A DNA stretch of 64,000 nucleotides from Octopus vulgaris. Taxonomy: Eukaryota. The number at the start of each line of letters is the position of its first letter. The first letter of the stretch is position 1. The notes beneath the pieces were generated by a model. It was given only the letters and a program-made list of their open reading frames with translations, did no database searches and was not told the DNA's origin. Shown piece after piece: positions 1 through 13,299 of this stretch. The stretch covers positions 15,190,001 through 15,254,000 of the forward strand of contig OX597828.1 of NCBI GenBank assembly GCA_951406725.2, read 5' to 3'. The position numbers were made by a program, and so were the translations under genes.

Positions 1-22
1 AGTGTAACAATCATACATATTC

Positions 23-170
23 TGTTGTGTCTGGGGAGAGGCATTTTCTTTTTGTGCCTTACAATGTAACACACTCACCGGTAAAATTTCCACTTTTTTT
101 CTTATTTTTATTTTCCTTTATATAAAGAATCTTGCAAACCAAATCCAAAAACAAAATCATACATATGTTA
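23..170. mobile_element. Copy of the 8.6-8.9 kb repeat family with internal inversion
   Basis: GTTGTGTCTGGGGAGAG...ACACACTCACCGGTAAAATTTC and ATATAAAGAATCTTGCAAACCAAATCC shared with 8596-8875. Confidence 0.7.
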
Positions 171-639
171 TGACCAGCAGAATGTTATTTCTAGATGCTA
201 AAAGTGTCAGAATTGGTGGAGTAGGTTTAGAACCAAATGCTTATTTAATTGGTCATTGAGCACTAGTAGCTTACATAACTAATCAGATTTAGGAAGAATA
301 TGTTATCATGGATGATAAACATGAATAAGGCAGCAAACTGGCAAATCATTCGATCATCAGATAAAAATACTTCATGTTTTTTCTGCTTTTTTGCTTTCTG
401 AGTTCGAATCAAGTAACTGTCCAATCCTGAGGTCATTTCTCTTCCTTATCCTCCTTTCTCTTTTTTACTTCTAGAAGAATTCGGTTGTAGTCAGATCTGG
501 AGAAGAATGGGCCAAAGCAAGACAAGGAAAACATGGGAATGAAAATTCAAGTTGTTTAGTCAATGAACAACTTGGTAGTTTTTGATATTTTCTTAACATC
601 TGACCATGAATATGAACAGACGCTTTGTAAGCATGCGTG

Positions 640-826
640 TATGTATGAATGTATGTATGCATGTATGTATGAATGTATGCATGCGTGTATGTATGAATGT
701 ATCTATCTGCCCATCTGTCTGTCTATTTAACTATCTCTACAGACAGACAGACAGACAGTAGGCAAGCAGGCAGACAGATAGATGGACACACAGATAGATA
801 GATAGATAGATAGATAGGTAGATAGG

Positions 827-887
<61 letters not shown>
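640..887. repeat. Compound (ATGT)n/(GACA)n/(GATA)n microsatellites
   Basis: Direct inspection. Confidence 0.95.
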
Positions 888-888
<1 letters not shown>

Positions 889-3517
889 CTCACACACAAA
901 TACACACAACAGCTTTCCAAACAGTTTCTCTCCACCAAATTTCATTAATAAGGCAATAACCAACCTAAAACTATGACAGAAGACATTTGCCCAAAGGGCT
1001 GCATAGAGAATTGAAACAGAATCACATGCTTGCAAAGCAAACAACCACACAGACATAGTTGGAAGCAGAAAATTGTTTATAGACTCAATTCATCAAATGT
1101 TTACCACTATATGACCATATTGTAGTGCATTGCCCATGAGTTTGCAAAAGCTAAACTGTGGATGAGGACTTTTACTGCAGACTAGTTATTGAACAAGTTG
1201 GGAGAAAAGGTACTTCTGCTGAGGCAGATAACAAAACCCTTATAGAATTTGAACTCAGAATATGAAGAGTTTGAAGAAATATCAGTAAGCATTTTGGTTC
1301 TGCCTAATCACCAATTTAAGAATGAAAACGTTAGCTATTTTATTAAATCTCTCCAAATTCATGATTATTTTCAAAATCAATTGTTACAATTAGCAAACTA
1401 TATTATTATCATTATATTATTATTAACAAAAAATATCATAAAAATATGGTGATGAAGGGTTAAGAGATTCTGTATTTCTTAGAATGCAAAAATTTAATAG
1501 ATTTTTTTCCCTTTATAGAGTTCAAGTATGCTAAAATATTTCTCTTAAGAGATTCTGCAGCTGTTAGATAGAACTGATCATCTTCAATTTTATTTATGTG
1601 AAAATCTACAATTTGGCCTTATTCTGAATAATATTGGTTTCAAATTTTGGTACAAAACCATCAAGTTCGGGGAATGGAGTAGGTCAATTACATCAACTCC
1701 AGTACTCAGTTGATACTTATTTTATTGACAACTAAAGGTTCAAAGGCAAAGTTGGTCTTGGCAGAATTTAAACTCTGAACATAAAGACAGACAAGATTCT
1801 GCTAAGCATTTTGCTCAGAAATCTAGCCATTCTGCCAGCTCTTCACCTTCTCATTCCAAATAATCTTAATATCAAATTTCTTCCAAATTATTTACTTGGC
1901 TGCACCAAAATACATTAAATTAGTTCAATTGAGAGATTCTGTTGGAAAAACAAAATTTCAACTTTTCTGCTATGTAAACATCCATTATTTTCCCACAGTA
2001 AACATACCTGTTATAAATTTGAAATTGTTTCGAATTTATCCAAAACAGTGTCAAATTTATTTTAAGAATTATTCACTAAGCTGCACAGAAACAAACTGAG
2101 GTATTTTTTAAAAGAGAATCTCCATCTGTTACAATTCATAATTTGCAGATTTTTTAATATTGAAAAAATGGGGAAAATACCATTTTCACTGACTTATACT
2201 TGCAAGGAATTTTGAATTTTCTTTTATTTCATCCACCTCGCAAATGCTAACTCTAGAGCAGGGTAAATTAAATGCAAAGAGCTGGGATAGTTGACATCCC
2301 CATTGTTTTAATGTCCATTTTCCATGCTTGCATGGGTCAGAAGGAATACCTTGAGGCAGATTTTCTGCAGTTGCATGTCTTTTCTGTCACCAGTCCTGAG
2401 TTGTTTTTCAAGCAAATAATAATTCCCTTGGGATGGACATGTTTTCATGGAAAATTGGAAAGGAATGACACTGCATGTATGTCAAAACCTGAAGCCCACA
2501 CCTCACAAAAAATTAGAAAATAAGAAAAACACTTTCTCTTTTTTATTTATTTTTTATTAGAATATCTTTTATTGATGTTTTTTATAGCAAACAATACAAA
2601 TAAAATATAAACTGTTATTGTAAGTAAAATGTTATAAAAATATTGAAAATGAAATTTTTAAAAGGCAAAAGTTGGTGTGCATGTAACACTATATCATTAA
2701 ATATGTAACTAGTTATTACATAATAATAATAATAATATTAATATTTAAGTAAGACAAAAAAAAACAAACTATCTTTATATCTTTTCATACTTGAAATAAG
2801 AAAGATTTTTAGAAATGAGAATAAAGCACATTAAAATGTTTTAATACTTTTGAACTAAAAAAAAATTTTAATTTTAATTCTAATGATGGATGTAAAAAAA
2901 CAAAAATCAAACAAGCAAACAAAACCTCATGCAATGGGAAGCAACGAAAACTTTTGGGAAAAGAAATTTACAGATTTGAGTGCATTTATTCATATATAAG
3001 CAAAGAAGGGAGTTTCTAAGTAGCCATGCAAATTGCTGGGGTTGCAATCCAATCTTTATAATGCGAGGACGGATGAGTATAAAGTATCTGTGTGTCTATA
3101 TGTACACACATACACATATACATTTTCATGTATGTGTGTCTATATTATATATATATGTTATAAACATTTGTATATACTAATATGTACGTATATTCATATA
3201 CCTAAATAAGTGTTTGTGTGTGTGTATCACATATGCATTATATACACATTTGTATTTACTAATGCCTTGATATATGAGTTAATTTGTTCCCACAGACCAC
3301 TTGTAAAGTGAAAACTCATAAAGCAGAGCAATAATTTCCCATAGAAGCAATGAAATTTTATGCCGTCCTTTTACACTGTTGCTGTGTAGAAGCATCAGGA
3401 CCAATGTTGTCACATGTAGTGATGTTGCCACACTCACAAAATGGCTGTTTAATCTTTTATATTTATCATAAAATAAAATTCGTAAACCCAGGGTCTTGTA
3501 AAGCGAGGCATTACTTT

Positions 3518-3830
3518 ATGTATATTCATATACATAAATATATATGTATATATACACATACATATACATGTATATACATATATACACACACACACATATA
3601 TATATATATATACATACACACATATATATGTATATATACACACATATATATGTATATATAAACACATATATATGTATATATACACACATATATGTATATA
3701 TACACACATATATGTATATATACATACATATGTATATATACATACATATGTATATATACATACATATATATGTATATAAACATATATATACATACATATA
3801 TATATATGTATATATATATAAATACATATG
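3518..3830. repeat. Compound TA/CA microsatellite
   Basis: Direct inspection; source of the Y/I/H/V/C-rich ORFs. Confidence 0.97.
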
Positions 3831-4126
3831 AGTAAATGGGAAGAAATATGTATCTATATACATACATGTCAAAAGATATAGATACAAAATTAATATCTGA
3901 TATATAATCATTAGAAATAAACAAACAAAACTGCATCCGGTAATATGCAATTAATTACTCACAGCGGCCCTTTTTGCTAAAATTTAGTGGGAAAACCGCC
4001 CCAATTCTAACAAATAAATGTGGATGATGACATTATGCAATAAAGTAACAAAGAATAAAATTACCAAAGAAAATAAGGGTACACCTGTGTTAATGGAAGC
4101 CTGAGCTAAAGAGGGTACCTCTAAAT

Positions 4127-5001
4127 CAGAGGTCAGCAAGATGTGGGCTACTGAGGTGTACTGTGAGGGCCTCAGATTTTTACTAAAAAGTTTTCCATGT
4201 TTAAAAGATGGTAGGAAGGGTCATTGTGCAGCTGATGGCTTTTTGATAGTTTGTCATGATTTAACTTTTGATTATAGAAGCATTGTTAGTGATTGAAGTA
4301 AGGAATACATGGGGAAATTTTTATAAATAAAATGATATAATATAGGGTGGGCCAAAAGTCACACACCAAAACATTTGACATTTTATTCACATTATCTCTT
4401 TTATATGTTTCAATCATTCAACTGAGGCCATGCTGGGGCACCGCCTTGAATTTTTAGTCAAATGAATCGACCACCAGTACTTATTTTTTTTGTTTTTAAG
4501 TCTAGTACTTATTCTATTGGTCTCTTTGCTGAACCGTTAAGTTATGGGGGCATAAACACACCAGCACAGGTTGTCAAGCAGTGGTGGGGGACAAAGACAC
4601 ATGACAGGCTTCTTTCAGTTACTGTCTTCAAAATCCATTCACAAGGCTTTGATTGGCCTAAGGCTATAAGAGAAGACGCTTGCCAAAGGTGCCACGCAGC
4701 AGGACTGAACCCAGAACCATGTGGCTGGGAAGTAAACTTCTTACCACACAGTTACACCTGCACCTAATTACCTTAATATTACTGCTATTAATTTTGCTAA
4801 TCATGTACAAGTATGTGTGTATTCATCATTATTTTATTCAATTTTAGAAAAATTGAAGCATGTCCTTGACTATTCCGGAGCATATTGAACTTATTTTGTG
4901 CGTGACTTTTGGCCCACCCTGTATATATGAGGGCCATGGGCAAATAGTAAAAAACCAGATTCATTACTTCTTCATTATTAAAAGAAGTTGCTGATTCCCT
5001 G
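4127..5001. mobile_element. Old hAT-like MITE hosting the Tc1 MITE
   Basis: Termini CAGAGGTCAGCAA ... TTGCTGATTCCCTG; TSD only partly conserved. Confidence 0.45.
4343..4921. mobile_element. Tc1-type MITE with nested SINE (~4395-4765)
   Basis: TIR AGGGTGGGCCAAAAGTCAC / GTGACTTTTGGCCCACCCTG, TA flanks. Confidence 0.8.
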
Positions 5002-6007
5002 CTCTTTGTGGTTGCTTAACCTGCTGGAATAGTAACTAAATCTTCTTCGAATCATATTGTATAAATATATAAAAAAAAAAAAGCAAAAGAGAAAACCCCA
5101 AACAAACAAACAAACAAAGAAATGACGGCGTTGAATAATGTTAAGTCTAAGATAAGCTATAACAGAAAATAAGGAAAAGGAGAGTCACAGATGAAACGAT
5201 CACAGGTTTGTCAAAAAACACCCCTTTCTACACACGTGTGTGTGTGTGCATAAAATATATTTGAGACAGAAAAGAAAAACAGTCCTGCTAATGGGGCTTG
5301 AAGCATGCATCTACCACTTGCAGCCAGAATTCTTGAAAATGCTTACATATATAGTCAAAATGTTATTACACTTCTCATCTAATAATATTTGGCAATAATT
5401 AATACATTTATACTCTTATTAAGATTTTAAAATTTTCAAAGGACTGTAATATACAGAAGAAAATTCCATTCAGAGACTCAATTTAAAGGGTTTATTTTGA
5501 TTCTTTGTTTGTGGCACACACGTTATAAGGCATTTTAATTGTAGCTGCTCAGTCAACATGCAAATAGCTAGTGTTTACAGGAAGTTCTCCGTATATGTGA
5601 CACAGGATGAAGACCAGCACTCAGCATACAAATTATTCTACATCAAATCTGTACCATCCTTATTCCATCATCTCTACTTATTTTTATTTATCATTGGCAC
5701 TATCGTGTTGCTGAAAACTGGGTCTTCAGGTTACCTTTTATCACAGTCCAGTTAATAACGTCTGTTAATCAACTTATTTACTCAAATCATTTCTTTTTTT
5801 CACTTCAATATGTCCTTCAGTGTAAAAACAAAGAATATCCCTCAGCATATGAAACATATTGCAAGCGAGAGGTGTTCAGTGATTTGACAAGTCTTTACTT
5901 GCAATTGTAATAGTCAGCTGGAAGCTTATTACTGTTAATGATTGCCCTTTATTACAGATAAAACAATTCTAAAATGATAATCTGGTATCACTAATACACA
6001 CAATAAT

Positions 6008-6535
6008 AAGAGTGTGTGTATATGTTTATGTTACTAACATAAACATAACATAACATAACATATATAACACTAACATAAACATATATATACTAACACTAAC
6101 ATAAATACACATACTCTTATAAATCATATATATACACACAAGAGTGTGTGTATATATGTTTATATATATATATTAACATCCTCTTATAAATCATATATAT
6201 ACACACAAGAGTGTGTGTATATATGTTTATATATATATGAATATACTCTTATAAATCATATATATATTAACATCCTCTTATAAATCATATATATACACAC
6301 AAGAGTGTGTGTATATATGTTTATATATATATGAATATACTCTTATAAATCATATATATATTAACATCCTCTTATAAATCATATATATACACACAAGAGT
6401 GTGTGTATATATGATTATGTTACAAGCATAAACATAACATAACACATATAACACTAACATAAACATATATACACAAACACTAACATAAGCATATATGCAC
6501 ACACTCTTATAAATCATATATACACACACACACAA
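6008..6535. repeat. Complex low-complexity tandem/inverted repeat
   Basis: CTCTTATAAATCATATATATACACACAAGAGTGTGTGTATATATG recurs 4 times plus partial copies. Confidence 0.85.
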
Positions 6536-8595
6536 CATTACACAGAGAGTAAAACTCATCTGTACAAACACTCAGGCAAACATAGAAGGAAACACATATG
6601 CGCATACTCAAAAACACACACATAGATAAATATGTACTCACACATACACCTAATCACAAATAGTCATACTCACACAAACATGCAGACAGACAGACAGACA
6701 TGCATACACACACTGTATAGCATACACTTATATAAACACTCAGTTAAACATAGAGAGAAATACACACTAATACACTTACACAAACATACCTAAACATAAA
6801 CACACAAAGTTAAATATGCACATAGTCAAACACACAGACAAACACAAGCAGCCAAACACAAACATAGGCTGGCAGATACACACAGAGTCAAAAACAAACA
6901 TACACACATGAAAATACAAATAAATAGAGAGAGAGAGTCAAAAACACTTATAATATATACTAAGCCATAATTTACAATATTTAAATTTGTAGTTGAAATG
7001 ACAGAGGCAATTGTATTGAGAAAATATTTTGTATTATGCAGAAGCAGAGTGGAAAATATTTTGTATTATTATATTTTGAAAATATTTTGTATTATGCATC
7101 AAGGAAAAAGAAAAAGAAAGAAGCAGAGTGGAAGCAGCTTATAACCATGGATAATGTAATCATACAGTCACCATTATCAAAATTAGTGAATCCCAAACAT
7201 GTTCATGATATAGTTGTACCCTCTGTTTATTGTTATCAGCCAGATATTGTTACCTAAAAGGCTTTATCTAAAAATGATCACAATAAATAGATTTCACTAT
7301 ATATAATATAGCATGCACACATATACAGGAGTGTACATATACATGAGTGTACATATACATTCATCATCATCGTTTAATGTCCGTTTTCCATGCTGGCATG
7401 GATTGGACAGTTTGACTGGGGACTGGCAAGCCAGGAGGCTGCAGCAGGCTCCAATTTGATCTGGTAATGTTTCTACAGCTGGATGTCTTTCCTGACACCA
7501 ACCACTCCAAGAGTGTAGTGGGTACTTTTTACATGCCGCGGGCATGGGAGCCAGTCAGGCGGCACAGGCAATGACCCATACATGAATGGTGCTTATTGTG
7601 TGCCACCAGCACAAGAGCCAGTCAGGCAGCACTGGCATCAGCCACAACTACAATTTCCAGTTTTTACTGTGATTTGATTTTTGATTTATATATATATAAT
7701 ATATATATTTTCTTTTTACATATATACATATATATAAAAGTAAGTCAAAAGGCATATAATAGAAATAAATTAGAGTTCAGACAAGCTCAAAAATTCAATA
7801 TCTAAATTAAAAACATAACTATGTTCCAGTTTAATCATTTTTATTAGGGGTTTTTCATATTTCCATTTAAGTCCTTTTGGAACAATTAAACCCATTCATT
7901 TATTATCAATGTTTTCAGTCTATCTCAGCCCCATCACCAGGATATGAACAACAAAGGTTTCATATGGAAATATGAGGAAACACCTTAAAAAAAATGAATA
8001 AACTGAACCAAAACTGTTTTTTTTTATAAAATACACACACAAACACACGCATGATCCAATGAGGGAGTCATTATGAAGTCACACAACCTTCTAGAAAAAA
8101 GTGCACCATTCCATCCTAAATAAAGAGAGAATACTTTGGGTAATGCAGCCATAGGTATCTTACAAAGATGGGGTGATCAAGGTTAGAATAACAGTTTACC
8201 TAGGGCTAAACAACAACAACACACACATATATATATACGATAAAAATATGTACACACACTCACACATATCTATACATATGTATATACAGGTTGCTGAACA
8301 TTCATATTGATTTTTCCAAATAATTATATTTTAAATGATTTCTAACTTAGACACAAAAACTCAATATCAGAGGAGGAGGAAAATATAGCTGTTGCATCAG
8401 ACACCCTGGGGCTATTACAGGTACTTCAATGAACACTGAAGAGATAACAAGCAAAGTCAACACTCAATGGGATTGGAATCTCAACATATAAGGAGATGTA
8501 ACTAAATATCTATACAAGGTGTTATATTTTATATTCTTTTGAATATGGTATTATACATATGTATGAGTATATATATATATATATATATATATATA

Positions 8596-8873
8596 CTGTT
8601 GTGTCTGGGGAGAGTCATTCTCTTTTAATGCCTTATTATTTAACACACTCACCAGTAAAATTTCCAATAGTCAAGACTATTGAAAAGGTTGCAACATGCA
8701 ATGAAAATTTTAGAAAATAAAAATAAGAAATAAGTAGAAATTTTACCGGTGAGTGTGTTAAATAATAAGGCACTAAAAGAGAATGACTCTCCCCAGACAC
8801 AACAAAATATGCTTCAACACACAAACTCATATAAAGAATCTTGCAAACCAAATCCAAAAACGAAATACATACA

Positions 8874-8875
<2 letters not shown>
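8596..8875. mobile_element. Dispersed repeat with inverted arms (rearranged second copy at ~23-170)
   Basis: 8597-8665 inverted relative to ~8735-8803; same sequence present at window start. Confidence 0.7.
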
Positions 8876-8928
<53 letters not shown>

Positions 8929-9774
8929 TGACTATTAACAATAAATTTTACAGCCAAGTATGTATGCAGGCTAAATTTTCAAGATTAATTATTGTTAATA
9001 CAATTATATATTTTTCAAACTTTTAACATTATTAAAAAAATGTTTCAATTTTTATATAATTGTATTAAATTATGTAGATTCTTTTTCTTTTTCTTTAAAA
9101 AAAAAAATGGAAATAATTTTAAAGAAAAGCTAAATTACACATCCTGATAGACTGTTGCAGTTCTGATAAAATACAATATTTTTTCCTAAATGATGTTCTA
9201 CAACACAATCTTGCATGCTGCAGGATGCATGGATACACTGTGTAAAAAACAAAACAAAAACATTATCATCACAATCAACATCATCATCAACATTTTCATT
9301 TCATGTACATTTTTCTCATGCTGGCTTGGGCCAGTCTGGTGTTATCACTCAATGATTCACATCATGTAGTAGAGCACACAACAATAGGACAAACCAGCCA
9401 ACTTTAGTTGTTAAGTATGTCTTAGCACTTAGAGTGGGTACATTTTATCATACTACCAGCACTAGGGAGACAGTTTCAAGTGGTAGCATTGAAGAGTTTC
9501 CTCTACATCAATGGTTCTTAAGCAGGGCCCATATGCAACTTTTTCTTAAAATTTATATTCAATAAATTGCTCACACTTCTACAATACACCAAATATTAAA
9601 TTTTTTTTTAAATACAATTCCTGATAATTTCTATGTTAAGTGTGTTTCAGTCATCAGACTGCAGCCATACTGGGGTACCATCTTGATGAATTTTTTGTCA
9701 AATTAATCAACCCCAGTATTTTTCTTTTGCCAAACCACTAGCTCAAGCGGATGTTAACACACCAATACTGGTAT

Positions 9775-10154
9775 ATACTCTTTTACTTGTTTCAGTCATT
9801 TGACTGCGGCCATGCTTGAGCACCGCCTTTAGTCGATCAAATCGACCCCGGGACTTATTCTTTGTAAGCCCAGTACTTATTTTATCGGTCTCTTTTGCCA
9901 AACCGCTAAGTGACAGGGACGTAAACACACCAGCGTTGGTTGTCAAGCAATGCTAGGGGGACAAACACACACATATATATATTTACATGTATACGACAGG
10001 CTTCTTTCAGTTTCCATCTACCAAATCCACTCACAAGGCATTGGTCGGCCCGGGACTATAGCAGAAGACACTTGCCCAAGATGCCATGCAGTGGGACTGA
10101 ACCTGGAACCATGTGGTTGGTTAGCAAGCTACTTACCACACAGCCACTCCTGCA

Positions 10155-10157
<3 letters not shown>
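9775..10157 (-). mobile_element. SINE family 1
   Basis: Full-length reverse-complement copy. Confidence 0.9.
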
Positions 10158-10189
<32 letters not shown>

Positions 10190-10193
<4 letters not shown>

Positions 10194-10520
10194 CCAAAAT
10201 AAGCAACAATCTTAGGTAATTTGATACGATCGTTTCATGCTACTTCATTTCATTAAACATTGTAAGTATTACATCAGTTTTAAAATGTTGAGCAATCTTC
10301 AGCCATTTATAGAAGTCTTCCATCAAATGGACAATACATATTCTATGTTTAATAAAAGGAAGTAGCCTGAAATGATTGTACCAAATTACCTAAGATATAC
10401 TTGTTGCTTATTTTGATTATAATCACCCCATGGATTTATTTGGATAATACCATACAAAATTCCAGTGCGTCTGACTTAAGTACCATATTCATCTGAATTT
10501 AAATTTTGCTGAACTTTACA
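10190..10520. mobile_element. Penelope-like non-autonomous repeat with inverted arms and hammerhead-like core
   Basis: ~10190-10260 is an inverted copy of ~10345-10420; minus strand 10305-10222 reads TGG-CTGAAGA...GAAA-CGATCG-TA. Confidence 0.5.
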
Positions 10521-12104
10521 TATATATATATACACACACACACAAAATTAGATTCTTTCAATTTCTGTCTCCCAAATCCATTCACAAGGTTTTGGTCAGC
10601 CCAAGGCCATAATAAAAGACACTTGTTCAAGGTGCCATACAGTGGGACTGAACCTGGAACCTTGTAGTTAGGAAGCAAACTTCCTACCATGCAGCCATGC
10701 CTGTGTCTATTACTAAAAATAGAAAAATAATAATACTAATAAAATGATGCTAATATAATAATTCTTACTACTGGAAGCACAAGGCCTCAAATTTGGGGAA
10801 AGGGATTAAGTTGATCGCATCAACCCCAAAAGGATGAAAGGCAATGTTGACCTCGGCGGAATCTGAACTCAGAACATAACAGGAAACGAAATACTGCTAA
10901 GCATTTCGCCTGGCATGCTAACAATTCTGCCAGCTCACTGCCTTTAATACTAACAACAAAAATATATGATTTTTAAAATAGTGAATGGCTATGAGGGGCC
11001 AGTAGAGTAAAATAAGAATCAAAGGAGTCCATAGGTAAAAAAAAATGGTTAAGAACCATTGCTTTACACTGTCTTCTTAAAAGGTCCACCTGCAAAGCAG
11101 ATTATGGAGCTCACGTCTTACTTGTATAAACCAGTTTTCTTTTTTTTAAATGTGAAAAATACAAACCTAATTTCTAAATAAATAGCATTGATAATTATGT
11201 ATGATATATTAAATAAAGAAATAAATATTTAATTATTTTCTGTAATTCAAATCATCTACATTTATAGATAAAAATTTATAAAGCAGATTGGCAGAATCAT
11301 AAGAGTGCCAGGCAAAATGCCTTGTGGTACTTGTTCCAGTTCTGTGTTCAAATCCCATCAAGGTCAACTTTGCTTTTCACCCTTCCAAAGTTGTTAAAAT
11401 GAAGAACTATGCCAGAATTGTTTGTGTGTTGGATAAAATACCTTGTGGTATTTGTTCTATCCTTTACATTCTTAGTTATCCTGTAACATCACTGGGAGCA
11501 AGCTGTATCAGCTCTTGCATTCCCTTGGATAACATTGTGATATGGATAGAAGAGACCTGGTGTATGGAAAACTTGGTCTTCCATACAAAAAAATAAGAAA
11601 AAAAAATTACATCATATGTATATAATACAATTTACTGAACTTTCAGATTTTAACATGCTAGACTACTGGTGTTAAGTTGATGTTAATTAAATTAATATCC
11701 AATTTTTCACCCTCATTTTAAATCTATATATCTATCTATCTATATATATATAATCTTTATTTATTCTAAAGTGTGCCTCATGTAAAGGGATGTTTATAAA
11801 CCATTTTTATCCAATTAATGTATACGTTTTGGCAATATGTGATATTTCAGATAGATATGTATATAAATTTAGCATAACTGAACAAGTCAAAGTTATTGAT
11901 GTGATTACAAATGAAACACTCAATGTATTAATGATATGATTTTCATAAAACTGTCACCTTTTATCCTCCTGGGACCAAATAATCTTAGACTGCTTCCTCC
12001 AAAATATGTAACCCTGTGCCTATGTTAACAACCATTATTATAAAATCAAACAGTTGAAAAAACAATTGAATTATCATTATATATATATAAAATAAATGTT
12101 CCCT

Positions 12105-12337
12105 TTTTAAAGCCTAGCCAGGCTCATGGGCCCAGTTTCTATGGCATATGTGTTACCCAGCTGGACGGGATGCCAGTCCATCACAACATTACTCATTTTT
12201 GCCAGCTGAGTGGACTGGAGCAGCGTGAAATGAAGTGTTTTGCACAAGAACACAACACGTTGCCCAGTCCAGGAATCAAAACAACAATCTCACAATAATG
12301 ATGCTGACAGCCTAGCCACTAAGCTATGCACCTCCAC
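12105..12337 (-). mobile_element. tRNA-derived SINE family 3
   Basis: Head GGAGGTGCATAGCTTAGTGG...TTTGATTCCTGG, core TGTTCTTG.GCAAAACACTTCATTTCAC..TGCTCCAGTCCACTCAGCTG; others ~12930-13175(-), 30840-31070(+), 61074-61360(+). Confidence 0.8.
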
Positions 12338-13299
12338 ACACACACACACATACGTATATATATATTATTGTTTGTGTCAGTCATTCAATTGTAGCTAAGA
12401 TGGAATAGTCTGTTCAGGAGAATATAGTTGATCATATCAACTCAAGTACTTGCAAACTGGTACTTATGTTACTAATATCACTTGGAGCAAAGAAAAGCAA
12501 AATCCACTTGAGTAGGATTTGAAATGAGAATCTACAAAGACAAGTATACTGTTTGGCACTCTACTGCTTTTGCCACCCTCTACCCTGTACACACTCACAT
12601 ACATAAGTATGACTGCTTTATATAAGAGATGAAAACACTCAATGCTATGTTGGTAGAGTCTATTATAGAGTAATGCAATACAATTGACAGAGAAGCAATG
12701 AATCGTTTCATGCAATTGCATCATGATTGTGTAATTCACTCAACAGGTGCACAAACAACCTACAATCGTCTTTGAGTAAAACATGATTTGTTAGAATAGC
12801 AATGTAATCTCACTCAAAAAGATCCACAGATTCTGTCATATCATATATTATATTATTTTATATCTATAAACACAAATACACATGGCCATACACACGCACA
12901 TGTATTTATATAATTTATATATAATTATGGATTCTCCTGCCGTTAAATGATGAATGAAGATTCCACAATTTCCTACTGAACAACCTGTTCTACATTAGCT
13001 CACATCCTCCATAAGATTGACATCGTCTGTATATAGGTGCACACATCAGATGTTGAAATGATCGCAGAGTAATGTGAACTTAGGTGTTTTGCTCAAGAAC
13101 ACACAGCACACCACCCAGTCTAGGAAGTGAAACCACAATTTAATGATTGTGAGTACAACACTCTAACTACTAGATCATATATAATAGGATATTTATGATT
13201 AAATGCTATATTTTGGGGTAAAATAATGAAACAATATTAAATTTAATTTGTATTTCAATAAAAAGAAATAATTTTTTTAAGAAGCTTTTATTTTTTATT

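Larger units (their letters stand above)
9509..11061. mobile_element. hAT-type MITE expanded by several nested insertions
   Basis: TIR CAATGGTTCTTAA / TTAAGAACCATTG; 8-bp flanks CTCTACAT / CTTTACAC; right end resembles 57676-57759. Confidence 0.7.

Noticed and set aside
3350-3950. Overlapping 95-144 aa ORFs rich in Y/I/C/V/H
   Set aside because: Translations of TA/CA microsatellite; the same applies to ORFs at 723-1056, 6350-6571, 8636-8941, 15398-15622 and 49079-49297.
5558-5755. 65-aa ORF with a hydrophobic stretch in non-repeat DNA
   Set aside because: No splice signals or homology recognised; expected by chance in AT-rich DNA.
9743-10219. Recurring ORFs such as CPRCHAVGLNLEPCGW and LPNPLTRLW
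   Set aside because: Chance frames through SINE family 1; they recur only because the SINE recurs.
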